NCBI RefSeq assembly: GCF_009914755.1
Contig: NC_060927.1
Strand: one strand, 5' to 3'
Source of the DNA: the human T2T-CHM13v2.0 reference genome, Homo sapiens
DNA: 64,000 bases
Part shown: piece after piece, positions 31,755-46,570 of the stretch
How the letters are laid out: each line of letters begins with the position of its first letter
Numbering within the stretch: the first letter of the stretch is position 1
Program-made: the position numbers and the translations under genes
Notes under the pieces: generated by a model
What the model was told of the DNA's origin: nothing
Seen by the model: the letters and a program-made list of their open reading frames with translations, nothing else
The model's database searches: none

Positions 31755-31756
<2 letters not shown>

Positions 31757-31817
31757 ATATACTCCAGAGGATTGTATGAAATTCGTAGAAATATGACCAT
31801 ACTATTAGACTAGGTAA

Positions 31818-31945
31818 GAATTCCCAGAACACTAATGGATAAACTATAAATAAAAATTCCCAGAAGGCTAATGAAGAAATGAAACGCTAATGAAGAATTC
31901 CCAAAACAATAATGAAGAATTCCCAGAAAGCTAATGAAGAAATGG
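31818..31945 (+). repeat. Degenerate tandem repeat of about 22 bp (gaattcccagaaNNctaatgaa)
   Basis: Four aattccca cores and five taatg(a/g)a motifs. Confidence 0.8.
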
Positions 31946-32119
31946 TTTCATAAAACTGCTAATCCAGCATCAAGTATGACAAGAATTGTTTGAATAACAA
32001 AGACATGCTTTGGCAGATTTTCATGCTAAGTCACTCGATACTGAAATTATTAAGATATGCAGTTTGAATGAACTCCATTAGATTCACTCAAGGAAATTAC
32101 CCAGATTAACCTGTTTATT

Positions 32120-34335
32120 AATTTTCTCTTTATAATTTTTATTGAGGCGTAACAAATGCACATAGTTTCAGGGTAGATATGATAATTTGATACATTTGAA
32201 TAATTTGTAAAGATGAAAACAGTGTCCTTGAGATATTCATCACCTTAAATATTTGCATTTTCTTTATGGTAGAAACATTGAAATTTTTCTTCTCTAGCTA
32301 CTGTGAAATGTACAATCGATTATTGTAAGGTATTGTCTCCCTACTAACTAAACGGTATAATTTTACCCAATAATCAACTTCTTTTCTTCCTTCTGTCCGC
32401 TAGCCTTTCTAGACTGTGGACACCACCAGTCTACACTCTATCTTCATGAGATCCACACTTTTAGCTCCCACCTATGTGGGCAAACATATGATATCTGTCC
32501 TTCTGTTCATAGCTTATTATACTTAATGACATCCAGTTCTATTCTTGTTGTTTCAAATGACAGGATTTTATTCTTTTTATGGCTGAATAATATTCCATTG
32601 TGTATATATTCCACATTTTCTTCATCTATTCATCTGATGATAGACACTTAGGTTTATTCTGTATTATGCCTGTTTTGAATAGTGCGGCAATAAACATGAG
32701 AGTGTATCTACCTCTGTGATATGACATACTGATTTGCTTTCTTTTGGATATATACCCATCAGTGAGATTGTTGGATCATATGGTAGTTCTATTTCTCATT
32801 TGTTAAGAACCTCAATGTTTTTATTCATAGTGGCCATAACTACTTTATATTCCCACCAGCAGTATATGAGGGTTCCTCCTTCACAGCCTCACCAGCATCT
32901 GATTACATGTGGTTTTTTTTAATATAAAATCTATTTTAACTGGGATGGAGATAACATCTAATTGTGGTTTTGATGTGTGCTTCTCTGAGGGTTAGTGATG
33001 TTGAGCTTTTCTTTCACATCTCTTTTGGACATTTCTTTGCCTTCTTTTGAGAAATATCTATTCAGGAATTTTGCCCATTGTTTAATTTATTTATTTTTTG
33101 CTATTGAGTTTTTTGAGCTCCTTATATATTTTCATTATCAACCCCCTGTCAGATGGATAGATTGAAAATATTTTTTCCCATTCGTGGGTTGTCTTTTCAC
33201 TTTCTTGTTTCCTTTCCTGTGGAGAAGTTTCTTAACTTGATGTAATTTGTCTATTTTTGCTTTGATTGCCTATGTTTCTGAGGACTTACATTAAAAAATC
33301 TTTGCACAGACCAATATCCAGGAACATTTCCCCAATGTTTTCTTATAGTAGTTTCATAGATTCAGGTCTTAGATTCAAGTCTCTAATCTATTTTGATTAG
33401 ATTTTTGTGTATGGTGAGAGACGGTCTAGTTTTATTATTTTGCATATAGTTATTCAGTTTTTCCAGCACCATTTATTGAAGAGACTACTTTTTCCAATTT
33501 GTATTCTTGTTGCCTTTGCTGAAAATGAGTAGGCTGTAAATGTGAGGGTTTATTTCTGGGTTCTCTGTTCAGTTTAATTGACCTTTGTGTCTGTTTTTAT
33601 GTCAGTATCATGCTGATTTTGTTATTTTTGCTTTGTAATAAATTTTAAACTCAGGTAGTGTGATACCTCCAGCTTTGTTCTTTTTGCTCAGGACAGCTTT
33701 GGCTATTCTGGGTCTTTTTTGGTTCTATATCAATTTTAGACTTTTTTTATATCTCTGTGAAGAATGCCATTGGTATTTTTATAGGGATTGCATTGAATGT
33801 ATATGTTGCTTTGGATAGTATTGTCATTTTAACAACATTAATTATTTCAATTTATGAGCATGGAATAGCTTTGCATTTTTTTGTATTCTCTTCCATTTCT
33901 TTCATCAATTGAAAGCAAATCAATTGATGTTTTATAGTCATTGTTGCATAGATATTTCATTTTGGGGTTAAATTGATTCCTAGGTATTTTATATTCTTTG
34001 CAGCTACTGTAAATGGGATTGCTTTCTTGATTTCATTTTCAGATTTTTCACTACTGGCATTTATAAATATTACTAATTTTTGTATGTTATTTTTCCATCC
34101 TGCAGTTCTAACAGATTTTATTTTATTTTTTTTTTTTGGTGGAGTTGTCAGGTTTTTCTGTCTAAGGTCATGAAATCTGAAAACAAGGGTATTTTGACTT
34201 TTATTTTCCAATTTGAATGCCCTTTATTTATTGATCTCACTTAATTGCACTGGCCAGGACTTCTAATATTATGTTCAATAAAAGCAGTGAAAGAAGGCAT
34301 CCTTGTCTTGTTCCAGATCTTAGAGAAAAGGTCTT
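32120..34335 (-). mobile_element. L1MA (about L1MA3/4) 3' 2.2 kb
   Basis: Antisense 3' UTR and ORF2. ORF 33957-34211 has EIKKAIPFTVAAKNIKYLGINLT. Confidence 0.9.
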
Positions 34336-36050
34336 ATTTGATGTGACTACATCTAAAAGGACATGGATTTAGAAGCTAATTGGAAATTAGACCAAAGAGA
34401 CAGAAAATATAAAGATTACAATTATCTTTGTATACTACGCTGTTAGAATTTAATTTGAAATGAAATGAGGTTGTTTTGTTTTCAGTAATAGCATCATAGA
34501 TTTGAATTTCAGAAAGACAACTTTGACAAATAATAGAATCTGAGACCATGTGATTGAAACCTGAGAGGTGTTATTTACTTTATTTTATTTTACAACACAA
34601 AAGCAAAATCACAAACCAATGAAATGGTAATAGGAGTGAAAGAGTCAGACTTGAACTGGACTGGAAGGAAAGAAAAGGGAGTAAAGGCACACATTTCTAA
34701 AACGTCCTTCTTTAGGCAATGTTTACAATCATATGTAAACATAAAGAGGGATGAGAATAAGATAGAAGTGTGTCAGAGAACTCAGAGAGGAAAGCAATCT
34801 CTGGCAACTAGAGAAAGTAGTTAAAGAATGAAATTTTACTACGCTAATTCCACGATCACCCACTGTGTCCTTGCTACAGCTTGCACCAAGTTCTATCTCT
34901 ATGATCACTCACATAATGTTAGAATCTGGTTATTATTCTGGAAGATAGAGGAAAATTTAGTGGTCATTTGTTACCTAATGTTAAAAAGAAAAATTAAAAA
35001 GAAAGAGAAATATTTCTAATTAACTGAAAAGACGTACATTGGAGAAGATACATGGTATTTGACCTTTTGCCCATCTTTGATTTCAACAATTCAGATGAAC
35101 CCTATCCAATGGTTTTGTGTCACAAACTGACTTATACTAAAGGGAGGAAATGAATTAAAACCCCTCTAGTGACTATGAATTGTTAGGGTTTTTATTTATT
35201 AGCTCACATTTTTGACTTCCAAGATTAAATCTCATAACTCATCCTCAGATTATTTTAGAATAGTTAGAAACACATTAATATAAATAATAGCAGAGAATTG
35301 GCTAGGAAAGTTTTATTCTTAGAAAACCAATGAACACTTATCAAGATGTAATATTTCCGAAGATCTCACCGATCTAATATAATAATTATAAATATTTGGT
35401 TTTAAAAATTAAATATGTCTGCTAATAATATCTGTGTCACTCAGAACACCAGGGCAACATGATAGTAAACGTTCTGTGGGATTTTTAATAGAAACCAAAC
35501 AATTTCCCCCTTTATTATCAAAACAGAGAGGCCAGTTTCTACTGAGGAAAAAAAAATAAACTCAAACTCATAATTTTGCAGAGAGATTTCCTTAATGAAT
35601 CCTGCTATATTCTTAGTTTTTCTGTACAATATCAGCTTCTTGACATTTGTGTTTAGTATGTCCTGTTATACCTGAGGTATTTTGTGGTCTTACCCTATGC
35701 CATTTAATGAATACTATGTTGTTACCAACGATTTAATGAGAAATTGTCACTTGAATTTGCTTTATTCTTCCCTAGAGGCCCTCATAAAATATTATCTGAG
35801 TGTTTCTTAATAAATATTTGTAAGGGGAGAGGAGATCAAAGGACACTCTAGTGCAACATAATGATTCTCTCACCTCTACCAGCTCTGGGAAACAGCCATT
35901 CAATGCTGGTATTAGTTTTCTATTGTTGTCTTAATGAAATGTCACAAACTTGTTTGCTTACAAAAGCAGTCCGTTACGTTTGTGGATGTCAGAAGTTCTG
36001 TACTGGTCTAAGCAGACTAAACTCAAGATTGCAATAAGCTTCATTTCTTT

Positions 36051-36548
36051 CTTCTTTTTATTTTACTTTATTTATTTATTTATTTTTATTTTTATTTTTT
36101 TATTTTTTCTTTTTTTTATTATACTTTAAGTTTTAGGGTACATGTGCACAATGTGCAGGTTTGTTACATATGCATATATGTGCCATGTTGGTGTGCTGTA
36201 CCCATTAACTCGTCATTTAACATTAGATATATCTCCTAATGCTATCCCTCCCCACTCCCCCCACCCCACAACAGGCCCCGGTGTGTGATGTTCCCCTTCC
36301 TGTGTCCATGTGTTCTCATTGTTCAATCCCCACCTGTGAGTGAGAACATGCGGTGTTTGGTTTTTTTGTCCTTGCGATAGTTTGCTGAGAATGATGCTTT
36401 CCAGCTTCATCGATGTCCCTACAAAGGACATGAACTCATTTTTTATGGCTGCATAGTATTCCATGGTGTATATGTGCTACATTTTCTTAATCCAGTCTAT
36501 CATTGTTGGACATTTGGGTTGGTTCCAAGTCTTTGCTATTGTGAATAG
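36051..36548 (-). mobile_element. L1PA (about L1PA4/5) 3' fragment
   Basis: Long patterned T tail, then 'atactttaagttttagggtacatgtgcacaatgtgcagg'. No TSD seen. Confidence 0.95.
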
Positions 36549-36746
36549 ACTGTGGCAAAATTTAGTTCCCTGTAGTTGTAGGACTAAGGCACTGAATTTC
36601 TGGCTAGCTGGAAGCTGAGAGATTTTCTAGCTTCTAGATGTCACATGTTTTCTTGGCTCATAGCCCTCTTCCAACTTCATAGCCCTCTTCTTCTTCATAG
36701 CCAGTAATAATAGGTAAAGTCCTTCTCACATCACATCTCTGAGTAA

Positions 36747-37071
<325 letters not shown>

Positions 37072-37444
37072 CTGCCTTTCTCTTTCTTGCTGTAGAAGTT
37101 AATATATTCAAGGCGTGCTATCAGTGGGCAAAGATTATGGAGACCAAAACCCTGCCTACCACACATTTTCTACCTCTATTCTAGCTGTCTCTTCTATGAA
37201 CACTTACTGCATTGAAGGACATCCACATATATAATATTCAATTCTCTTGTAATTATACTATATTTTCTCAATAAATCCATATAAGAAAATACATTTACAC
37301 ACATATTTTTCAAGGCCCAATGCAAAGCCTACTTTTTTTTTTTACAAAAAAAACCTTTTTTATTTCTAATTGTAAGCAATACTGCTGTCTCCTAACTTCC
37401 TTATTGGAAAGTAGGATGGATAGGACAATTAGGAAAGGGACTGA

Positions 37445-37660
37445 GATTTATTTAGTGCCTATGCTATGCCAGGTGCTTTAAACGCGTTTGTTGTACACAT
37501 CTATCCAATGAAGTTAGCCTTATTAATCTTAGTTAATGGGTGAGAAGCTTGTCCCAGAGAGGGTCATTCCCTTCCCAATACCACATGGCTTATAAATGAA
37601 AGTAAGATATAACTGCTGATCTAGTTGCTTCTAAAACATCTGTGTTCTTCCCACTGCCTT
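37445..37660 (-). mobile_element. MIR
   Basis: 'atttatttagtgcctatgctatgccaggtgct...gggtgagaagcttgtcccagagaggg' is a decayed MIR core. Confidence 0.6.
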
Positions 37661-38561
37661 AGTGCACTTTGTACTTTTATTACATACCTTATCAGGGAAC
37701 ATATATTTTAAGATCCCACATGTCGATAACCCCTCCCATTAAAAAAATGTAAGCCTTCATTCCACATATTACAAGAAGCACGCTGCCTTCTCTGCAATTT
37801 TGGAATGATGTTCTGCTACCTCCTCTACATGTGTTAGCTCACATGGAGCTCATGCCACGTGTTACCAGCCCTTAGCAGCCCCAATTCGAGTGTAAACTCA
37901 TATTGGTATTTTAGGAAATAGCTCATATCTGCTGCTGTTTTGAATGTACAGCAGCTTTCTTCTCCACTGTCACCTATGCCTTATCCATCCTCCTTAAATC
38001 CTGCAGCTGCTGTATGCTCTCTTCACTACTTCAGCACATGCCAGGTGCTATTTCCATAATTTTGCAAAACACGAGAGAGTCATGATTACTGTATTTAACA
38101 TGCTTCCCTTAAAGTTTAAGATAAATAGGGAAACATCTCAGAAAAGCACAGCCAGGAAAGGAAATAGGAGACATGGCCATGGCCATTCTTAAGGGTTCCT
38201 TAGTCGTCTCTGTCATCATACATTTCGCACTTGCTGTGTACCAACTTGAGCCCAATATACTGTCAAGCAGCTGAGAGTCTGATTCACTCTCCACAGATCC
38301 TCCCTCCAAACCCCAATTATCTCTCTCCTTCACCCTTAAAGCCTTGTGTTTTATACTAGTCATGGAAAAAATGAAACATCGAGTTCATTCATTATTTAAG
38401 CATTGAATTTTGGGGGTATGTGAAAAACATTCCCATCCTATTCCCAGTAGGGAGATGGGCAAAAGGGAGCATACTATACTAAAGTAAAAAGATCCACTAA
38501 GGTGTTTTCTAAAATAAAAGAGCCAGTTACTTTTAATACAAGTTGTATACCCCACCTGCTA

Positions 38562-39217
38562 AGAGTTGAGTGCTCTGTGGTTTTACCAAATGATTTCAGG
38601 ATTCATGACTTATTTAACTGCGCCTCCTTCATCAAACTACTTACTTTAACTGCAACGCCTTGTTTATTATTATTATTATTATTGTACTTTAAGTTTTAGG
38701 GTACATGTGCACAACGTGCAGGTTTGTTGCATATGTATACATGTGCCATGATGGTGTGCTGCACCCAGTAACTCGCCTTGTTTTATTTCTAACATTTTGT
38801 TAATACTTGCAATGAGGAGAATAGGTTTTTGAAAATATACTTGCTTTCATGTTGTCATCATGAATATAAAATGTATGTGTGTGTGTGCACGTGCATGAGC
38901 CCACATGAGTACACACAAGTATTTCCACAATAGAATGGGGGCACTTAACTTTTGGGACAGTATTTTACTCTTATTGGCTTTGTACATGCTAGTTATTTGG
39001 CCAGTGCTTTGCATGCTGTAATTTTAGAATGATCAGCACGTAAAACATTCTCTTGATAGTTTGCTCCCTAAACCACCTGGGGAAAGACAGAGTTGAGTGC
39101 CCTGTGGTTTTACCAAATGATTTCAGGATTCATGACTTGTTTAACTGTGCCTCTTTCATCAAACTACTCACTTTAACTGCAACGCCTTGTTTTATTTCCA
39201 ACCTTTTGTTAATACTT
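38562..39217 (+). repeat. 129-bp direct duplication (38562-38808 with L1 insert; 39089-39217 intact)
   Basis: 7 mismatches in 129 after removing the 118-bp insert plus TSD. ORFs 38502 and 39053 share the peptide VVLPNDFRIHDLFNCASFIKLLTLTATPC. Confidence 0.95.
38666..38773 (-). mobile_element. Very short L1PA 3' end (about 108 bp)
   Basis: (ATT)n tail and 'tactttaagttttagggtacatgtgcacaacg'. TSD cgccttgttt at 38656-65 and 38774-83. Confidence 0.95.
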
Positions 39218-40689
39218 AAGATGCCGTTATATTACAAAATAAAAGATTTTTGGCAAAAATAAATTAGTCCCAATAGGTATTCTATTTTAAATGGACTTTA
39301 CATGTTACGTATGGATTAGATTTTTTCACGTAAAAGTAGCATATGCTCTAAGATATATATTCTTGAAAAAAAAGATTTCATTAAGAATATCTGGACATAT
39401 TTAGTCACAGCTCTAACAACGAAAAAACAGGTTAATTATTTAAAGGTTGCTATGGTTCATTTTTTTGAGTGTATTCCTAATGATGCCTGAGGAAGTAAAA
39501 AATCTAACCAGTAATTAAAACCTACACAAAATTAATTCTCTCCAAGCTCTCCATACACCATGATTCTAAGAATTGAGGAAAACATGAACATTATATCAGC
39601 AAGTCATTTAATTTCTTTTTGTCTTGTAGATAAGAAGTTGATGTAAGGTATTTATAAAAAATTATATGTGAACCCATTTAATATCCTCAGATTTACAGAT
39701 TTTAGCTAGAATTGTTTTGACTTAGGCAATTTGCCATGATTATGTTGCCTCTATAATGCTTACAAAGATGGCGAATACCTCAAATGAATTTGGAAACCAT
39801 TGCACATAGCAATTGTAAAGCTGATGTACTTACATGTCTTTGGAAAACTGCCAAAGCATTGGGCAAGCAAACTGCCAAATATGTGCATAGGGCATTCGTG
39901 AATGACAAACTAAAGTGCGTATGAGTATGTGAAAACAGGTGGTCTGGGATGCCTGGATCAGCAAAGCATCTGGGCCCTGAAATGTGACTGCATTATATTT
40001 TCTACTCCCAATGGAGAACAATTCTAATCATAAACATAAAGGCTGGCAGTGTTTAGAGTCCTTTTGTTTGGCAACGTTTGCAAGGTGATAGAATAGAAGT
40101 GGAACCAGGCTATTAATATTTGAAAATTCTAAATCTCACCCATAACTGCTTTCAATCATATCTATTCTTATGCTGTTAGCAACACTAGATGCGTATATAT
40201 TAATACAGCTGCCCAATTCAGCTGTTTTTCACTTTTGAAGATGCACATACACTAAATAGATGGGATGGTTTTCTGTCTTTATTGTCTACTTAACCAATTG
40301 TACCTTATCAATGTTACTGAATAAATGCTAATTATAAAATAATACTTTTGTCTTGATTTCTCCATTTTTAGCTCTTCAATTTAAGGAGGTAGGGCTCCAA
40401 AACATCTTCCTAAACTATACTTTCTAAATTAACTGCTATGCATCCTCTACATCCAGCAAAACACTCTTTCAACATAAGTTGGGAGACTACTAAATGTAAG
40501 TTTGGGCTGAACTAGAACAAATATTAAAAGTAAGTTTGGGCAGAACTAGAAAAAATTTCAATTATAATTAATTCAATTATATATTTATATTCAATTACAA
40601 TAAAAATGACTAAAACTAAAAGCAATTGGAAGGGACATGTTTATTTGCCTAATGTGTAGTACAAACCACTTTTTAACAATGTTATATTT

Positions 40690-40878
40690 TAGTGATTCTC
40701 AGCACTGAGCAAATTTTATCACCATGGCAGGAGAGAATGGGTCTTAAAAATATTGAAGCTTAATATCCACATGTCCATGACTAAATTGATCTAATTGATC
40801 TGAGGCAGGGTCCATATTTCGCTACTTTTTAAAGCTTTCCTAGTGATTATAATGTGCATCTAGTATTAAAAATCATTG
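40690..40878. mobile_element. MER5-like hAT-Charlie MITE
   Basis: Ends 'tagtgattctca' and 'ttaaaaatcattg'; internal 'aagctttcctagtgattataatgtgca'. Confidence 0.6.
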
Positions 40879-42469
40879 CTACATCTGAAGTTCTAATTCA
40901 AACTACTTTAATATCCAATTATTCTGCCCCATAGAATATTTGTAACATCCTTCTCTTGTTATTTCTCTGGACTCGGTCAAAGTGTCTTTCTTATTCTATG
41001 TCCTATTGAATTGAAGGGAAATTTAATTTTTTTAAAGTACTGATTTGGAAACACATGATCATTAATTGGTTTGGTGCCTTAAATGGTGAGAAGTGGATGG
41101 AAAATCTCCTATCTTATGCCTCGCACCCGTTGCTTTGTTATTTGATGAACTAAATTGAAATGCAAAACCATTTTTCCTTGTAGCTCTAATTTTAAATTGA
41201 TTAAAAATGTTTCACTTTTTAGCCTGGCATTTCACAATCAGAAAATTGAATAGAAATTCAGAAAGGGCTTTTAGTGTAAAAAAACTTCTAAACCTCATTT
41301 GTAAACAACTTGAGTGTCAACGTTGTTTCCTGGTTGGTGTTACTGCTATATATTTACCTTACATTACTATAATTCATTGTGTGTAATATATTAATAAGTG
41401 GCTTTATGTAGTAGATTCTAGGGAACATAAAGTCAAAGAAATTCGAAAAGCTATATAGCAATATTACATATGTGTTTTACCAACTCCCTACAATGGCCTG
41501 TAGTTTGTTTTTTTAATTATCTCAATGTGCATACATACTCTGATACATCATAGACAGATATTTTTAACAAAATTACCTACAACAATAAAATTGCCACTTA
41601 AAATTATAATTATCTATCTCTATTGTCTGTAGATAACACTACAAAATAACAGCCCCCAAAAAACTATATCAATATTACAACTCAGCATTGTGATTTTCCT
41701 AAAGATTTTCTTCACCTCTCATTTTACTTATCCATTTTCCCTTCTCTTTCCTCCCTTCCTTTCTTTCTTCCTTCTTTCCCTTCTTCCTTTATTGACTATC
41801 TACTCCTTCCTTAAAAAAAATAAGACAGGGTATGCAGTAAAGAAAAAGTGAACAAGGACATTTTCACCTTCTAGAATTACTTTTCTGTCTTCTCTAGTTC
41901 TCATGCGATCTTCTCCCCACTTTGCACATTTCATGCGCATTACATTGGGTCCTGACTGGGTAATTCCCACTGGCATCCTATTGTGCAGACTTGCTTAGGC
42001 TATTCATTGTTATCCACTGTGCCCTAAGAAAACAGCTAATGTGCTCATACTGTCCATCTCAAAACATTCTTGTGCCACTATATATTTCCTTGGTGGTCTG
42101 CTAGATGTCTAGTGAGTCCAAATAATTCACAGTGTTCATAGTAAAAAATGACTTATGACAAAAAATGTTTTTCTTGGTCATAAAATTGTAAGACTTCAGA
42201 AAAACGGCTGCAGCAGTTAGAGGATGATAGAAACTAGCTAGAAGCCCAGTCTGGTGCCAGAAGCTTTGTGTGCTATCACATAGCAGGACATTATTCTCAG
42301 TTTTGTGGGTCCCAAAATTGAGATTATTAGTTCATCCAGAGTTGGATAAGTTAAGCTACTTGTAGTATCACAAATTATAAGAGATTTATAAATGAATGAA
42401 TATACAGAGTAAATTTTTCAAGTTTATTTTATATTATTATTACTATTATTATATATTGCTTATTAACAC

Positions 42470-42735
42470 CATAAGATTTGAGTTATATACAGGAACTATT
42501 TTATTGAACACTGTATTCTTAATACCTAGACTAATGCCTGGCACATATATTAGGCCTCCATGAATATCTGGTATAAAAATACATTTATAAAATAAAAAGA
42601 TTATACTGTAATTTTCTCCTTAATTCCTACATCGTCCTTCAGGCTACAAATTCTATGAGGACAGAAACTATATTATTTACCTATGTTGTGTTGAGTTCTA
42701 ACACAATGGATTGGCTAATCAATACCTGAATGTGC
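42470..42735 (+). mobile_element. Two L2 3'-end fragments
   Basis: 'cctagactaatgcctggcacatatattaggcctccatgaatatctg' and 'aaattctatgaggacagaaac'. Confidence 0.55.
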
Positions 42736-42776
42736 CTTTTTTTCTACAGAAAATTAGAGTTTAAATAATAGTAATG

Positions 42777-44304
<1,528 letters not shown>

Positions 44305-44394
44305 AAAAAGTAGTAATGATAGTAATGACGGTGATGATGATGATGATGATGACACCAACAGGAAAAACAGATTATATGTGATCACATTAAAAGA

Positions 44395-46400
44395 ATCAGT
44401 TAACCATTACACAAACATTCATTGTCTACCATACAACAGGCACTGATCTGGGCACACTGGGAAAAATGCAGTAACTATGAAAAGTCCATGTCCAACGTAA
44501 ATTATGTTCTGTAAGGAGAAGACAGTCAATAAATAACAAGTCAATGAATAATTCAGACAGTTTAGAATACTGAAATCTGTTATGAAGATTGCATGGCAGT
44601 GAGTGAGTGTGAAGGTGGTCTTGATTAAGTGAATGACTGGGCAGGGGAACATGGGAGGCAGCATTTTAGTTAAACTCAGTAGGGATGACCTCTCTGAAGA
44701 TGGTACATTTCAGTTATGAAGAGAACAGCCAGGAGAACATCTGAGAGAAGGACATTCCAAGTAGAAGAAGCAACAAACATGAATGCCCTGAGATGAGATA
44801 AAGATAAGTGTGACTAGAACACAGTTACTGAGGAGGAGAGCAGAAGTACAGGCAGATCAAGTAAGGGCATTTGAAAGTCTATGATAAGGCTTGTTGATTT
44901 TATTAAGCATAATAGAAAGTGGTTGGAAAGGCTTTAATCAAGAGAGTTAGAATATTATACTTGATCTTTTGAAAGATTATGCTGGGTGCTTTGGGGAGAA
45001 CAGATTGATGGGGGAAGGATTAGAGGCAAAATGATCAATTTCAAACTTGCTGCAGGTTTTTCAGTGAAAGATAAGGTGGCTTAGACTAATAATAGACATG
45101 GTAAGAACTGGGTGGATTTGTGATAGAAATTTATATGTTGAGAAAATAGGAATGGCTGATGGGGTTAATGTTAGGTGTGGAGAAAAGTTGTCAGGAAATG
45201 TATGCCATTGCTATGTAATGGTTAAGGAGGGATTGAGATGGTTGGAAAACCATTTTAAGTGTTCGATTTTGGCCGTGTTGAGTTGAAAGTGCCATTACAA
45301 ATCAAAGCGGATTTGTCAAGAAGGCAGCTTTGGTGTTCAGAGAAAGTGCCATATTGAAAAAATACAAATTTAAGATTTACTCATATATAAATGTTATTAA
45401 TATCATATAATTGACTAGTAGTGCCTAGTGAGGGCAAAATGATTTAGAACATTGCCTCATTTAAAAGTTTGATATAGAAAGAGAATCCAACAAAGGAGAT
45501 TGAGAAGCAGCAGGAGTGATGTAGAAGAAAAACTATGATGCCATAGAAATCTAAAGAAGAAAGTGTTTCAAGTAGAAAAGAGGGCTAAATGCTGTTGAGA
45601 ATTTGGTAAGATGGAGACAGAATAGATGTCGATGCAAACTATTTTACTGCAGTAGAAGCATAGGTGTCTTGCAGTCTTTAGAGGTGATAATGGCAGACAT
45701 GGATGTACAAACAACCGTATTTGAAGAAGTATTGCTGGGTAGTAATGTAGGAGAATGATGTAGTAGCTGGTAGAACAATGAAAGATTTGTTAAAAATGAT
45801 TTGATACATTAAACCTGTTTTTATTCTGATAGGAATGACTCAGTAAATGGCAGGAAGTGAAGAAGCAAGAGAAACAAAAGTGTGACAGCTACATCTTTGA
45901 GAAGGCAAAACTTGTTGGCACCAGGGCTTCAGTGCCAGAGTGGCCAATTAAAATTCCTTTATTATTTCAATGGGAAGAACAGGGTATCTAAGTACAGATG
46001 TAAGTGAGATGGTAAAATTGATAAAGGACAGATTTTTTTTCTTTAGTAGCAGTTATTTTTATATATGAAATATTTGGTAAAGTCATGATCAAAGAACGAA
46101 GAGTCTTTAGGGGATGTTGGAGAAAGAAGAGGAGGTTTGAAATTATATTAGAAAAACTGATATTACTGAAGGAATATAAAAAGATTGCTTAGAAGTTTTG
46201 AGTACTTTTTGAAGTTTGTCTTCTTAATATTTAAGAAAATCCATTCAGTATATTTATGTCACTTTTTTTAGCAATATTCAGCTTTGCAGCTGCAGCCAAG
46301 AAGTCCATAAACATTTAGTTATAGTCAGGGCTGAGATTTGCTAGGAAAGTCAAAGAGTGAGAGAAAGAGAAAGAAAAGCTAAAAGCATAGTCATTAATGA
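44395..46400 (-). mobile_element. Long degraded L2
   Basis: 'tctaccatacaacaggcactgatctgggcac', 'cctctctgaagatggtacatttcag' and 'aagattatgctgggtgct' are typical antisense L2 blocks. Confidence 0.75.
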
Positions 46401-46533
46401 AAAAGATAGGCAAGATTTATATCAAAGTTTATGGATTTGGATTTTTGAGAGTACAAGTGAAAAATTCAGCACTGAAGTAATAATAAGTAATAAGTGCTAT
46501 TCTGTCCCCTTGAGTGTCTGAGCTGTGTGAGGG

Positions 46534-46570
46534 GTGTGTGTGTGTGTGTGTGTGAGGTGTGTGTGTGTGT
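46534..46570. repeat. (TG)n microsatellite
   Basis: Seen directly in the sequence. Confidence 0.95.

Noticed and set aside
31818-31945. Repeat-spacer-like pattern suggestive of CRISPR
   Set aside because: The units are irregular with no unique fixed-length spacers, the context is eukaryotic, and there are no cas genes.
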